Assembly: GCF_963921235.1 (NCBI RefSeq)
Contig: NC_086108.1
Span: forward strand, 108,626,001-108,690,000
Length of the DNA: 64,000 nt
Direction: 5' to 3'
Source of the DNA: Mobula hypostoma
Lineage: Eukaryota
The notes beneath the pieces were generated by a model. The model saw only the letters and a list, made by a program, of their open reading frames with translations, was not told the DNA's origin and searched no databases. Within the stretch, counting starts at the first letter, position 1. Every line of letters starts with the position of its first letter. Both the position numbers and the translations under genes were made by a program. Below, in pieces: positions 53,201-64,000 of this stretch.

Positions 53201-53455
53201 CTTTGAAAGCTAGCAGCATCATCTATGGTTGACCCCAACCAATGGCGGGCCATTATCATCACAGAAGTTGCACTGTGGGAGGTAGAAGGGTCAAGCCACC
53301 TGAGTGGCACTATCGAGAATTTGTAGTTATGTTGAATGTTTCCGGGAAGTTCCAGTCACCAATGCAGTGCTGCTTGCTGGCCTGGTATCCAGTCCTTGTC
53401 ATGCCAACTCTGGATGCACAGTTATGAAACCAATCATCCGCCGTGATTAGAGAGA

Positions 53456-54060
53456 GCAACACACATCAAAGTTGCTGGTGAACGCAGTAAGCCAGGCAGC
53501 ATCTCTAGGAAGAGGTACAGTCGATGTTTCCGGCCGAGACCCTTCGTCAGGACTAACTGAAGGAAGAGTTAGTAAGAGATTTGAAAGTGGGAGGGGGAGG
53601 GGGAGATCCAAAATGATAGGAGAAGACAGGAGGGGGAGGGATGGAGCCAAGAGCTGGACAGGTGATTGGCAAAAGGGATATGAGAGGATCATGGGACAGG
53701 AGATCGAGGGAGAGAGTAAAGGGGGAGGGGGGAAACCCAGAGGATGGGCAAGGGGTATAGTGAGAGAGACAGAGGGAGAAAAAGGGGAGAGGGAGAGAAA
53801 GAATGTGTGTAGATAAATAAATAATTGATGGGGTACGAGGGGGAGGTGGGGTATTAGCAGAAGTTTGAGAAATCAATGTTCACGCCATCAGGTTGGAGGC
53901 TACCCAGACAGAATATAAGGTGTTGTTCCTCCAACCTGAGTGTGGCTTCATCTTTACAGTAGAGGAGGCCGTGGATAGACATATCAGAATGGGAATGGGA
54001 TGTGGAATTAAAATGTGTGGCCACTGGGAGATCCTGCTTTCTCTGGCGGACGGAGAGTAG
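53456..54060 (-). mobile_element. Young Penelope-like 3' end
   Basis: ORF 53854-54195(-) DLPVATHFNSTSHSHSDMSIHGLLYCKDEATLRLEEQHLIFCLGSLQPDGVNIDFSNF; hammerhead at 53518-55; 13-bp TSD GTGATTAGAGAGA. Confidence 0.92.
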
Positions 54061-55419
54061 GTGATTAGAGAGAATGGCTTTCTTGTCACAGGTACACTGA
54101 AACATCAAAACATACGTGGTAGGATTCCCAACAGCGTGAAGGACAGAGATATCTTGTGGCGCACATCTATAGATTCCCTCCAAGTTGCCGCACATGTTGA
54201 TAGGGTGGCTAAAAAAGTATATGATATTTTGGCCTTCATATTTGGAAGATTGATTTCAAAACCATGAACTAATGTTGCAGTTCTGTTAAACTCTAGTTAG
54301 ACCACACTTGGAGTATTGTGTTCAGCTCTAGTCACTTCATTATAGAAAGGGTATGGAAGCTTTAGAGAGGGTGCAGAGCCAACTTACCAGGATGCTGCCT
54401 GGATTAGATAGCATGTCTCATGAGGATAGGATGAGCAAGCCAGGGCCTTTTCCTTTGGAAATATTGAATCTCCATCTAATTTCTGATCCTTGGGGTTCTT
54501 TCAAGGATCAAGAATGATGAGTACGTTTAATTCTATGATTTCCGTTTATTTTAGAGTGCAAACAAACATACAAGTACTAAGGAAACTGAATGAGGAGATG
54601 AGAAACAATGTTAAGAGTTGTATAGGCAAAAGAATAAAGATGGTATTTCTGAAAAATCTATCACTTTTTAGATAAGATGAGAAATTCCTTAGATAGAGAT
54701 AAATTAGTTAATAGGCTACATAATAAAAACAATTACAAAAACAAATTGTGGGTAATGTGGAAATGCTAATAATGTACTAATGATAGAAAAATGGATGGCT
54801 ATGTGGGAGGAAGGTTTAGATTAATGATGGACTAGGTTAAAGAATCAGCACAACATTGTGGGTCGAAGAGCCTCTACCATTCTATGTTCTGTGTTCTATA
54901 CAGTGAAATGCATTTTTTGCATCAGTGACCTACACTTTTCAAGCCTGAGCTGGGAGCAGCCTGCAAGTGCCACGATGATTCCACTGCCAACACAGCATGC
55001 CCGCAGTTTACTAGCCCTAACCCATAAGTCTTTAGACTGTGGGAGGAAACGGAGGCACTGAGAGGAAACCTATGTGGTCACTGGCAAAACACACAAACTA
55101 CTGACAGGGAGCAGCAGGAACAAACCCAAATCTGGTCTGCACCCTGGCTGTAGCCCTCCGTCCCTCTCCCATCCACTTGCTTATCCAAACTTCTCTTAAA
55201 TCTTAAAATCAAATCCATATCCACCACTTCTGCTGGCAGCTTGTTCCACACTCACACATGCCTCTGAGTGAAATAATTCCCCATCAAGCACCTCTTGAAT
55301 ATTTCATCTTTCAACCTTAACCTATGACCTCCAGTTCTAGTCTCACCCAAACTCAGTGGAAAAAAGCCTGTTTATATTTACCCTATCTATACCCCTACCC
55401 ACTTCACTGACAAGGCATA

Positions 55420-55476
55420 CTCTCAGTGGCCACTTTAGTAGGTTCAGACAGTATCTAATAAAGAGGCCACTGAGTG
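55420..55476. mobile_element. 57-bp Tc1-family MITE consisting almost only of two TIRs
   Basis: TA|CTCTCAGTGGCCACTTTAGTAGG...ATCTAATAAAGAGGCCACTGAGTG|TA. Confidence 0.8.
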
Positions 55477-55531
55477 TATTTCCCACAAACTGAATAAAAG
55501 TACAATGACAAATTGTGAAAGCTTTCAGCAT

Positions 55532-56215
55532 AAAACACAAGAGATTCTGCAGAGACCGGAAATCCAAAGCAACACACACAAAATGCAGGAGGAACTTAAC
55601 AGGTCAGGCAGCATCTATGGAAATGAATAAACAGTTGATGTTTCGGGCCAAGACTCTTCATCAGGACTGAGAAGGAAGGGGGAAGGTGCCCGAATAAATA
55701 GGTGAAAGAAGAAGAAAGAGGCTAGCTGGAAAGTGCTAGATGAAGCCAGCTGAGTGGAAAGGACTGGAGCAGAAAGAATCTGATAGAAGAGGGGAGTGAA
55801 CCATAGGAGAAAAGGAAGACGGAGGCGACCCAGGGGAGACAGGTGAGAAAAAATAAAAGGTCAGAGTGGGGAATGGGAGGGGGGTGGAAATTGTTTACTG
55901 GAAGGAGAAATCACTATTCATGCCATCAGGTCGGAGGGTACCCAGATGGAATATAAGGTGTTGCTTCTCCAGCCTAAGGGTGGCCTCATCTTGGCACAAG
56001 AGGAGGCCATGGACCATCATGTCGGAATGGAAATGGGAATTAAAATGTTTGGCCACCGGAAAGTCCCACTTGTGGAGGATGGTGTGGAGGTGCTCGACGA
56101 AGCGGTCCCCCAGCTTATGATGGGTCTCACCACTGTAGAGGAGGCCGCATGGGGAGCATTGGACACAATAGAGGACCCCTTCAGATTCGCAGGTGAAGTT
56201 TTGCTTCACCTGAAA
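55532..56215 (-). mobile_element. Penelope-like 3' fragment with an open GIY-YIG domain
   Basis: ORF 55895-56209(-) FTCESEGVLYCVQCSPCGLLYSGETHHKLGDRFVEH...PVAKHFNS...LEKQHLIFHLGTLRPDGMN; hammerhead at 55632-69. Confidence 0.9.
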
Positions 56216-56774
56216 GGAATGCGTGAGACCCTGAAACTTTTAACAAACTAGTGAACGAGACACCTTTTCAATAATTCTACACGTCTTGTACAGATGTGGC
56301 TCCATTTGTTATGGACCGAGAGCAAGCTTTCAGAAATTTCGGTGATCTGGGTCTGAACACTAACAAAGATGTAGCACTCTAACACAGTGCAAGACTGCCA
56401 GGCAAATAGTTCTTTGATGAGATTCAGATCCACGCCTGATTGCAAGCAAACAGTGGATGAAACATTGCTCAGAAGCCACAATGAATACGTCCACTTATTT
56501 AACTAAATGTTGGCACTCAATCTTACTGATTTTCGTTCCATGCATGACTTGAGAGAAGCGTTACAAAATGCAATGTTTGTTTAGCCTGGACTGTTGAAAG
56601 AATAAATAATGACATGTTCTTCCACCAGGGAGACATGGGCTTTTGCCCACGGTCGTTACCTCCTTGGTTGGTCTCACCCTTGTAAGCAGTTTTGTGGAAG
56701 AACAGTCCGAGCTGATCATTGCTGAGTACCCTGACAGAGATGCAGTGGGAAAGGAAGTGTGACTTGCTTAGTGA

Positions 56775-57345
56775 AAAAGAGAGAGAATGGGGAGGGAGAG
56801 AGCGAAGAAAGAGAGGAAAAAGAGAGCAGGCAGAGAGAGAGAGAGCGCAGAGAGGCAGGGAAGAGGGGAGGGATAGATAAGAGGAAGGGGGAGAGAGAAA
56901 GGAGAGAGAGAGGCATGAAAGAGTGAAGGGTGAGAGAGGAGCAAGTTAGGGCGACATGAAAGAGAGGAGGGAGGCAGGAAAGAGAGGAGGGAGAGGGAGG
57001 AGGAAGGGAGAGAGGCAGGGAATAGGAGGCAGAGGAAGAAGTGGGGAGAGGCAGAGAGAAGGGGGAAAGTGAGGAGAGAACTATAACAGAGAAGGTAGAG
57101 GGAAAAGGTAGAGTGGGAGAGAGGGAGGGAGAGAAAGGGGAGACAGAATGAAGAGGGAGTGAAGAGAGAAGGGAGAGAGAAAAAAAAGAATAAAAGAGAG
57201 TCAGAAGAAAGGAAAAGGGAGAGAGAGAACTAAGAAAAGGAAACAGAAAGGGACTGAAGAAGGGAGAGAGAACAGAGAGATTGAAAAGAGAGGGGATAGG
57301 GTACTGAAGGAGAATGAAGTCAAGAACAGAGGCGCAGAGGCAAGG
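56775..57345. repeat. Purine-rich (GA) low-complexity tract
   Basis: About 570 bp that are almost entirely A/G on the + strand. Confidence 0.9.
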
Positions 57346-57454
57346 GAGAATGCAGACTTGTATTTCTGAACATAAATGACTGCACAGAAGACACAGAAGA
57401 AACAAAAACAGCACCCAGCCATTCAGCCCCTTGAGTTTGCTCTGCTATTCCCTA

Positions 57455-59015
57455 AAATAGACCTGCAGATGATGCGACTGGCAGCTTGGTGATCTCTGAG
57501 GCTGAGGTACGCAGATGTTTCCAACGGGTGGACAGTTGCGAGGCTGTGTGACTGGACGGCACCCCAGGGCAGGTACTCAGGATGTGCGCAGCACAACTGG
57601 CAGGTGTGTTTACAGACATTTTCAATCTCTCCCTCTCCCAGTGTAGAATGCCCTCCTGCTTCAAAACATCTACTATTGTCTCTGTACCTAATAAGACCAA
57701 GGTAAAATGTCTGAACAACCGACGTCCTGTCACACTCACCTCAATAATAAGCAAATGCTTTGAGAGGCTGGTCAAGGACTACACCTGCAGCTTGCTGCCA
57801 CCCACACTGGACCCTCTACAATTCACCTACTGAGACAACCGATCGACAGACTTCTCAATACACGCAACTCTACACAATGTCCTTACACATCTGGAGAAGA
57901 GGGATGCTTACGTGAGAATGCTGTTCTTGGACTACAGTTCAGCAATCAACACCATAATTCCATCCAGGCTTGACCAGAAGCTCAGAGACTTCGGCCTTCA
58001 CCCTGCCTTGTGTAGCTGGATCCTGGACTTCCTGTCAGATCACCAGCAGGTGATAAGAGTGGGCTCCCTCACCTCTGCCCCCGACCCTCAACACAGGTGC
58101 CCCTCAGAGCTGTGTACTAAGCCCCCTTCTTTACTCTCTGTATACCAATGACTGTGTCGCCACCCACATCTCCAATCTGCTAATTAAATTTGCTGACGAC
58201 GCTACACTGATTGGCCTAATCTCAAATAATAACGAGGCAGCCTACAGAGAGTAAGTCATCACCCTGACACGGTAGTGTCAACAGAACAATCTCTCCCTCA
58301 ATGTCACAAAATCAAAGGAGCTGGTTATGGGCTACAGGAGGAATGGAGACTGGCTAACCCCTATTGACATCAATGGATCTGGGGTTGAGAGGTTGAATAG
58401 CTTTAAGTTCCTCAGCATAAACATCACCGAGGATCTCATGTGGTCTGTACATATCGGCTGTGTGGTGAAGAAGGCACAACAGCACCTGTTTTATCTCAGA
58501 CAGTTGAAGAAGTTTGGTATGGCTCCCCAAATTCTAAGAACTTTCTATAGGGGTATGATTGAGAGCATCTTGACTGGCTGCATCACTGCCTGGTATGGGA
58601 ACTGTACTTCCCTCAATCGCAGGACACTGCAGAGAGTGGTACAGACAGCCCAGCGCATCTGTAGATGTAAACTTCCCACTATTCAGGACATTTACAAAGA
58701 TAGGTGTGTAAAAAGGCCCCAAAGGATCATTTGAGTCACCCCAACCACAAACTGTTCCAGTTGCTACCATCTGGGAAGTGGTATCGCAGCGTAAAAGCCA
58801 GGACCAACGGGCTCCGGGACAGCTTCTTCCACCAGCCCAACAAACTGCTTAATTCATGCTGACACAACTGTATTTCTATGTTATATTGACTATCCTGTTG
58901 TACATAATATTTATTATAAATTACTATAATTGCACATTGCAAATTTAGACGGAGACATAACGTAAAAATTTTTACTCCTAATGTATATGAAGGATGGAAG
59001 TAATAAAGTCAATTC
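57455..59015 (+). mobile_element. Rex1/Babar LINE, 5'-truncated, RT domain with stops
   Basis: CAAQLAGVFTDIFNLSL...RPVTLTSIISKCFERLV...LDPLQF; RMLFLDYSSAINTIIP; KFADD (about 58187); FKFLSINITEDLMWS; AATAAA at about 59002. Confidence 0.95.
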
Positions 59016-60421
59016 GAATCGATTCGAAATCATGACTAACTGTCACAGTGTGCTCCTGTAGGGCAGGGCTGGACCCAAGTGTAAGTGGCAGGCTCTCAGT
59101 CGCAGGAAGCACTGACATTGACTCAAACCCAGGAGCAGTGGGCAGCAGCTCATGACTCGACCCAGGAGCGGAGGAACGGCAGGAACCCCATAAAGAGATA
59201 AAAACAAGAAGTTACGACATCAGAATACCAACAGAGGAGCGACTGAGTGACACCACAAGACAATTCATTCTCTCCAACACAATGACTCCGCTAAGGCACG
59301 TAATGGGAGTCCTCTTTTACTAATTCTAGAGTGCAGGAAACTCATACCGATCACAATTAACTTGTCAAGATTAAACCGAAAGCACAAGGACTTAAAGGCT
59401 CTAGTTAAGATAACGATTAGTAAATGCAGGTGCTCAAGAACCTGAGAACCTCAACATTCTGCAGCAAGCTGCAGAACTCATGGCATTAATCTGAATTTGA
59501 CCACAACTCAGCTTTCTGGTCTGCATCTCCAGAGCTTCTGACTCTCCTGAAGTTGACAAGTCTGTCTCCACAGCGAACATATTCACTTGGAGGTAAACAA
59601 TAAATCGCAAGGTCATAACAAGGTAGATTGTGAGGTCAAGAGTCCATCTTATCACAGTAAGGGACCATTCAATAGTTTTATAATAATGCAGAGAAAGCTG
59701 TTCTTCAGCCTGTTAGTATGTGCTTTCAGGTTTTTGTATCTTTGCTGCTTTACTGAGACAGCAAGAAGTGTGGACAAAGTCCATGGATGGGAGGCTGAAT
59801 TCCGTGATTCAGAATTCCCTACAGTTTTTTGTAGTCACGTGCAGTACAGTTGCCATATCAAACTGTGATACATGGAGATAGGATTGGAGGGAGGGATGGG
59901 GGAAGAAAAGAGTAGAAGTAGTGACAGAAGCTGGAAGATGATGGTTCAGGGCTCACTGGAGAGTACCTTGTATCTCCAGCTTGTGTTGTCTTCGCTGATT
60001 AGGCAACCTAATCTCTTCATGACAGGAATCAAGTTAATGAACCTATCCATACATCCCTTTAAATCTTTCCAAATCATGTACTTGTCCAACTGTCTTTTAA
60101 GTATTATCATTATACCTGTCCCCACCACTTCATCTGGCAGCTCATTCCACACGTCGTACTCTTTTAAAAACTGACCCTCAAGATCTTATCAAATCTTTCC
60201 CCTCTATTAAATGGTTCCTTTGTATGATAAGGCATCCCCTTGATCAGACTATCTCTTCACTATCATCTTGTACTTTATTGTTTACCTGCACTGCACTTTT
60301 TCTGTAGCTGTTACAGTATATTCTGCATTGGTATTGTTTTACTTCAATAGACTGTGTAATGATCTGATTTGTATGAACAGTATGCAAGACAAGCTTTTCA
60401 CTGTATCTCGGTACATAATAA

Positions 60422-60712
60422 ATAGGCATCCATTAGTCTGATGAGACCATGGATTTGCGCCTTGGAAGGTTTGCAGGGCGCAGGCCTGGGTAAGGTTGTA
60501 TGGAAGACCAGCAGTTGCCCATGCTGCAAGTCTCCCCTCTCCACGACACCAATGTTGTCCAAGGGAAGGGCATTAGGACCCATACAGCTTGGCACCGGTG
60601 TCGTTGCAGAGAAATGTGTGGTTTAATGCTTTGCTCAAGGACACAACACGCTGCCTCAGCCAAGGCTCGAACTAACTAGACGAGCACCTTAACCACTTGG
60701 CCACGCACCAAC
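60422..60712 (-). mobile_element. tRNA-derived SINE, second copy of 11419-11716
   Basis: Near-identical body; A box TGGCCAAGTGG and B box GTTCGAGCC. Confidence 0.85.
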
Positions 60713-60984
60713 ACAAACTCGGTACATACAACAATAATAACACTATGCCCTCTAGATCTTGATTCTTCAACCCTGGGAATAAGACTGTGTGGATTCACCC
60801 TTTCTATGCCCCTTGTGATTCTGTACACCTCTGTAAAATCATCTTGTAGTCTCCTCTGAGGGAAGAGGTGAACCACTGGCTAAAGATGTTGAACTCAATG
60901 TTGAGTCCAGAAGGCTGAAAGGTGCCCAGTCTGAGGGTGAGGTGTACTTCCACAAGCTTTAATTTCAAATTTATTGTTGTTATG

Positions 60985-61540
60985 GGCACACATCTTGGGG
61001 CCCTCTGTTGGTTGTTGCATCCTAGCTATCTGCGTTGTATATGCAGGACAGAGGCGGGGCATTAGGATACGGAGAGTGAGCTGTTGCCCAGGCAGCAGGC
61101 TCCCACTCTCGGCACAGCTGACGAATCCAAAGGAACAGCAGAGACTGATACAGTTTGGTACCAGTGGCATCACAGGAGTTGCCCAGTCGCTGTTGAACTC
61201 CAGCTCTGGATTTTTCCCTCGGAGTTTGCTCTTGAAGACTTCAATATGAGTGGGAATAACTATAAGGCAGCAGGGGTTTGAGATCAGAGCTTTCCCTCTC
61301 CTAGATGCACTGCCACCCACGGCTGATGAGCCCCATCTGCCCGAAGCGACTGGTTTTAAGGCAAGCCGTTACCTGCCTTTGCCCCTTCTCCTGTCAGTAG
61401 AAATGGTTCTGCCGGGCTTAGTAGCTAAGGCACACGTGAAGGCCGGGAGCTGGACCGGTTGTCAGGAGGATATTTGAGACACATGCCATTGGGAGTACTT
61501 AATCGGTAGTGGGAGATTATCCCCATTACCACTCCCAGCC
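60985..61540 (-). mobile_element. Structured non-autonomous retroelement, copy of 52716-53200
   Basis: Reverse-complement similarity to 52716-53200; (AAC)n-like tail. Confidence 0.6.
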
Positions 61541-62102
61541 ATAACAATTTTAAGGAACCATACAAGCACAGGGTATAAATTAGCTCTTCACTGCAGCAGC
61601 ACAGTACAAGTATTGACATTAGTTAGCATAAACATAAATTAACATTAATTATGCATAATTTATGCATGCACAAAATAAACAACATAAATATAGTCATTCT
61701 CATGCAAAATTGAGAGAGAGGGAAAAATAGTCTGAGATAATGTTGAGGCTGTTTGGTTGGTTTAAGGTGGGAGTGGGGAAGAAATGGTTGTTGAAATTTG
61801 AGGTGTGGGTGTATAGGTTCCTGTACCTCCTGGCTGATGGTCACATCGAGAAGAGGGTATGACCTAAATGGGGGGGGGGCGGGTGGCCAGATACTGTCAC
61901 CTTCCTGAGACATCATCTCCTGCGGATGTCCTCGATGGTGACAAGTGCTCTACCCGTGATGGAAATGGCTGAGTTCACAACTCTCAGTACCCTTTTCTGT
62001 TCCTTTGCATTGGAGCTTACAGTCTCCCTACCTCTTTCTTTTTCCATTCCCCATTCTGGCTCCTCTTCTCTTCTCCTCACCTGTCCATCACCTTCCTCTG
62101 CT

Positions 62103-62985
62103 TCAATAGCTCAATAGTTCAATAGTTCCATTTGATATCAGAGCAATGTCTACAATATACATTCTGAAATTCTTCTTCTTCGCAGACATCCATGAAAACA
62201 AAGTGCCCCAAAGAATGAGTGACAGTGAAAATGTTAGAATCCCAAGCCCCCCCATTCCCCCTCCCATGCACAAGCAGCAGCCAAACAATGAATGTTCCCC
62301 ACCCCACCCACTTCCACAAAAAAGCATCAGCACCCTCCGCCCACCGAGCATGCAACAGCAAAGACCCCAGTAAAGACCATGATCTGCAGTACAACACAAA
62401 CTAATCATTCACCTGACAATTAGACATGCCACAGACTCTCTCGCTCTCCCTAATAAAGGGAGAAAGAGGTGTCCCCTTTCACAGTGAGGTGGGAGACATA
62501 ACAAAGCAACTCACAGATTTATGGTGTTAAAAGTCGCTTTTTTCCCCAGTTATCTGCCTGGAAAATCAGCAACAATCTCTCACCCACTAATGAGAGAGAG
62601 AGAGAGAGAGAGTGTGAGAGCATAATTCACTGAGAACACAGCCTCCATCAGCTGATCCGCTGTTACCGACGTTCCGTTCTCTTCCACGATGCTTTATTTG
62701 GCAGTACCAGCTTAGAATCAGCCCATCCACAGGGCCACAAAACCTTGGAACCCCAAAGCCACGCTTATCTTCTAGGCGTTGGGATATCGAAAAGCAACCT
62801 TCTATGAGCCCCTGTGTATGGTCCCACCACTGCAAAGAAACAAAGCTTGAGTGTAACTCCAAGTCAGGGTCTTCAACAGAACCCCATCCACCCTGAAAGG
62901 AAAAAGGAGGGACATCAAAGGCAGAAATTAAGTTGTTTTTGTGGATGAAAATGAAGGAGCCGCAATTTAGCGCTGTCATGACTCC
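62103..62985 (-). repeat. Unclassified repeat, copy of 22070-22870
   Basis: Colinear similarity; (TTCAATAG)n tandem at the left end. Confidence 0.75.
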
Positions 62986-63824
62986 GCATCCACCTATGTC
63001 CACACCTCCTTCCCTTTCTCCCATGGTCCACTCTCCTCTCCTATCAGATTCCTTCTTCTTCAGCCCTCTATCTCTTCCACCTATCTCCTCCCAGCTTCTA
63101 ACTTCGTCCCTCCTCACCCACCCACCCATCTTCCCCCTCACTAGCTTCACCTATCACCTGCCAGCTGTATTCCTCCACCTTTTCACTCAGGTCTCGGCCC
63201 GATTGTTTCACATTGATTCCTCTCCACAGATGCTTCCTGACTCTCTGAGTTCCTCCAACATTTTGTATGTGTTAACTAAGAGGGAATAGTTAGAATGGGA
63301 ATTTGGGGGGGAAATGGGTCACTGAAAGATCAGGGTTATAATTGTCCTTTGGCTAAAGAAGCGCTGCCAGTTCACTGGAAAGTGAATTGACTTGAAATAT
63401 TTCCTCTCTTCATGGACATTGCTAAAACCATCCAACAATTTTTGTTTGTTTTAGTTGGTAATTGGTTTATTATTGTCACATTTACTGAGATATCCACCAC
63501 TTGTGCCAGCAGCTTTTTCCACACTCTCACTACCCTCTGAGTGAAGAAGTTCCCCCTCAGGTTCCTCTTAAACATTTCACCTTTCACCACTGAAAAGATG
63601 ATTACATGTGTAAATGCATTGATGCTATACAAAGAAAAAACAACAGAATTCAAAAACAGGGTTACGGTTCAAAGAAAGCAGTGCAGGTAGACAATAAGAT
63701 GCAAGGACCATAGTGAGGTAGATTGAGAGAAAGGTGCCAAATGACAATTATTTATTCATTGTACTTCTTGACATTCAATCCAGAGTAGTCCCTTCTGGCT
63801 CTTCAAGCTACACTGTCCAACAAT

Positions 63825-64000
63825 GTAAACACAAAATACTCTGCAGATGCTGGGGTCAAAGCAACACTCACAACATGCTGGAGGAACTCAGCAGGTCGGG
63901 CAGCATCCGTGGAAATGATCTGTCAACGTTTCCAGCCGGAACCCTTCGTCAGGACTGTAGAGGGAAGGGGCAGAGGCCCTATAAAGAAGGTGGGGGGAGG
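63825..64000 (-). mobile_element. Penelope-like terminus running off the window edge
   Basis: Same terminal sequence as other copies; hammerhead at 63920-57 (CUGACGA...GAAAC-GUU). Confidence 0.85.

Noticed and set aside
21329..53876. Recurring similar ORFs such as MIGEDRRGRDGAKSWT and LPLLSSPIILDLPLPLPL at 21.3, 49.4 and 53.5 kb
   Set aside because: They are translations of the non-coding Penelope UTR, not a gene family
56295..56385. Possible short terminal exon after ...GTCTTGTACAG (VAPFVMDREQAFRNFGDLGLNTNKDVAL*)
   Set aside because: Weak polypyrimidine tract, no recognisable homology and no partner exons
56716..57414. 232-aa Ser/Leu/Pro/Phe-rich ORF
   Set aside because: Artefact of a pyrimidine-rich low-complexity strand that lacks stop codons
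59041..59430. Possible fifth solo LTR starting TGTCAC
   Set aside because: No matching CA terminus or TSD could be found, so it is not listed as a feature
1..64000. CRISPR array, operon or prokaryotic defence system
   Set aside because: No regularly spaced repeat-spacer array and no gene-dense region; the window is vertebrate repeat DNA

Overview
This 64-kb window is repeat-saturated vertebrate DNA, either intronic or intergenic. The repeat inventory (CR1/HER1-type LINEs, HE1-like V-SINEs, abundant Penelope-like elements) suggests a cartilaginous fish, probably a ray; that assignment is inference. I recognise no host protein-coding exon, and every interpretable ORF is transposon-derived and mostly decayed. 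Contents: a nested stack at 1.6-9.5 kb (old CR1 carrying a Rex/Babar fragment, a full-length Tc1 and a near-full-length CR1); many CR1 and Rex1/Babar fragments; Penelope-like (PLE) RT and GIY-YIG fragments; four solo LTRs with target-site duplications (TSDs); Tc1-derived MITEs; tRNA-derived SINEs; several RTE-derived non-autonomous families; and a few repeat-free islands that may be regulatory. The main signals are at the RNA level. (1) About 20 copies of a minimal type I hammerhead ribozyme sit in PLE termini, two of them apparently intact. (2) Short fold-back PLE derivatives have their inversion point in or next to the ribozyme. (3) Four PLE insertions share an apparent 13-bp TSD. (4) An H-type pseudoknot supported by compensatory base changes is shared by three, possibly four, otherwise dissimilar RTE-dependent short elements. 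All coordinates were read by eye, and repeat boundaries without a TSD are approximate.
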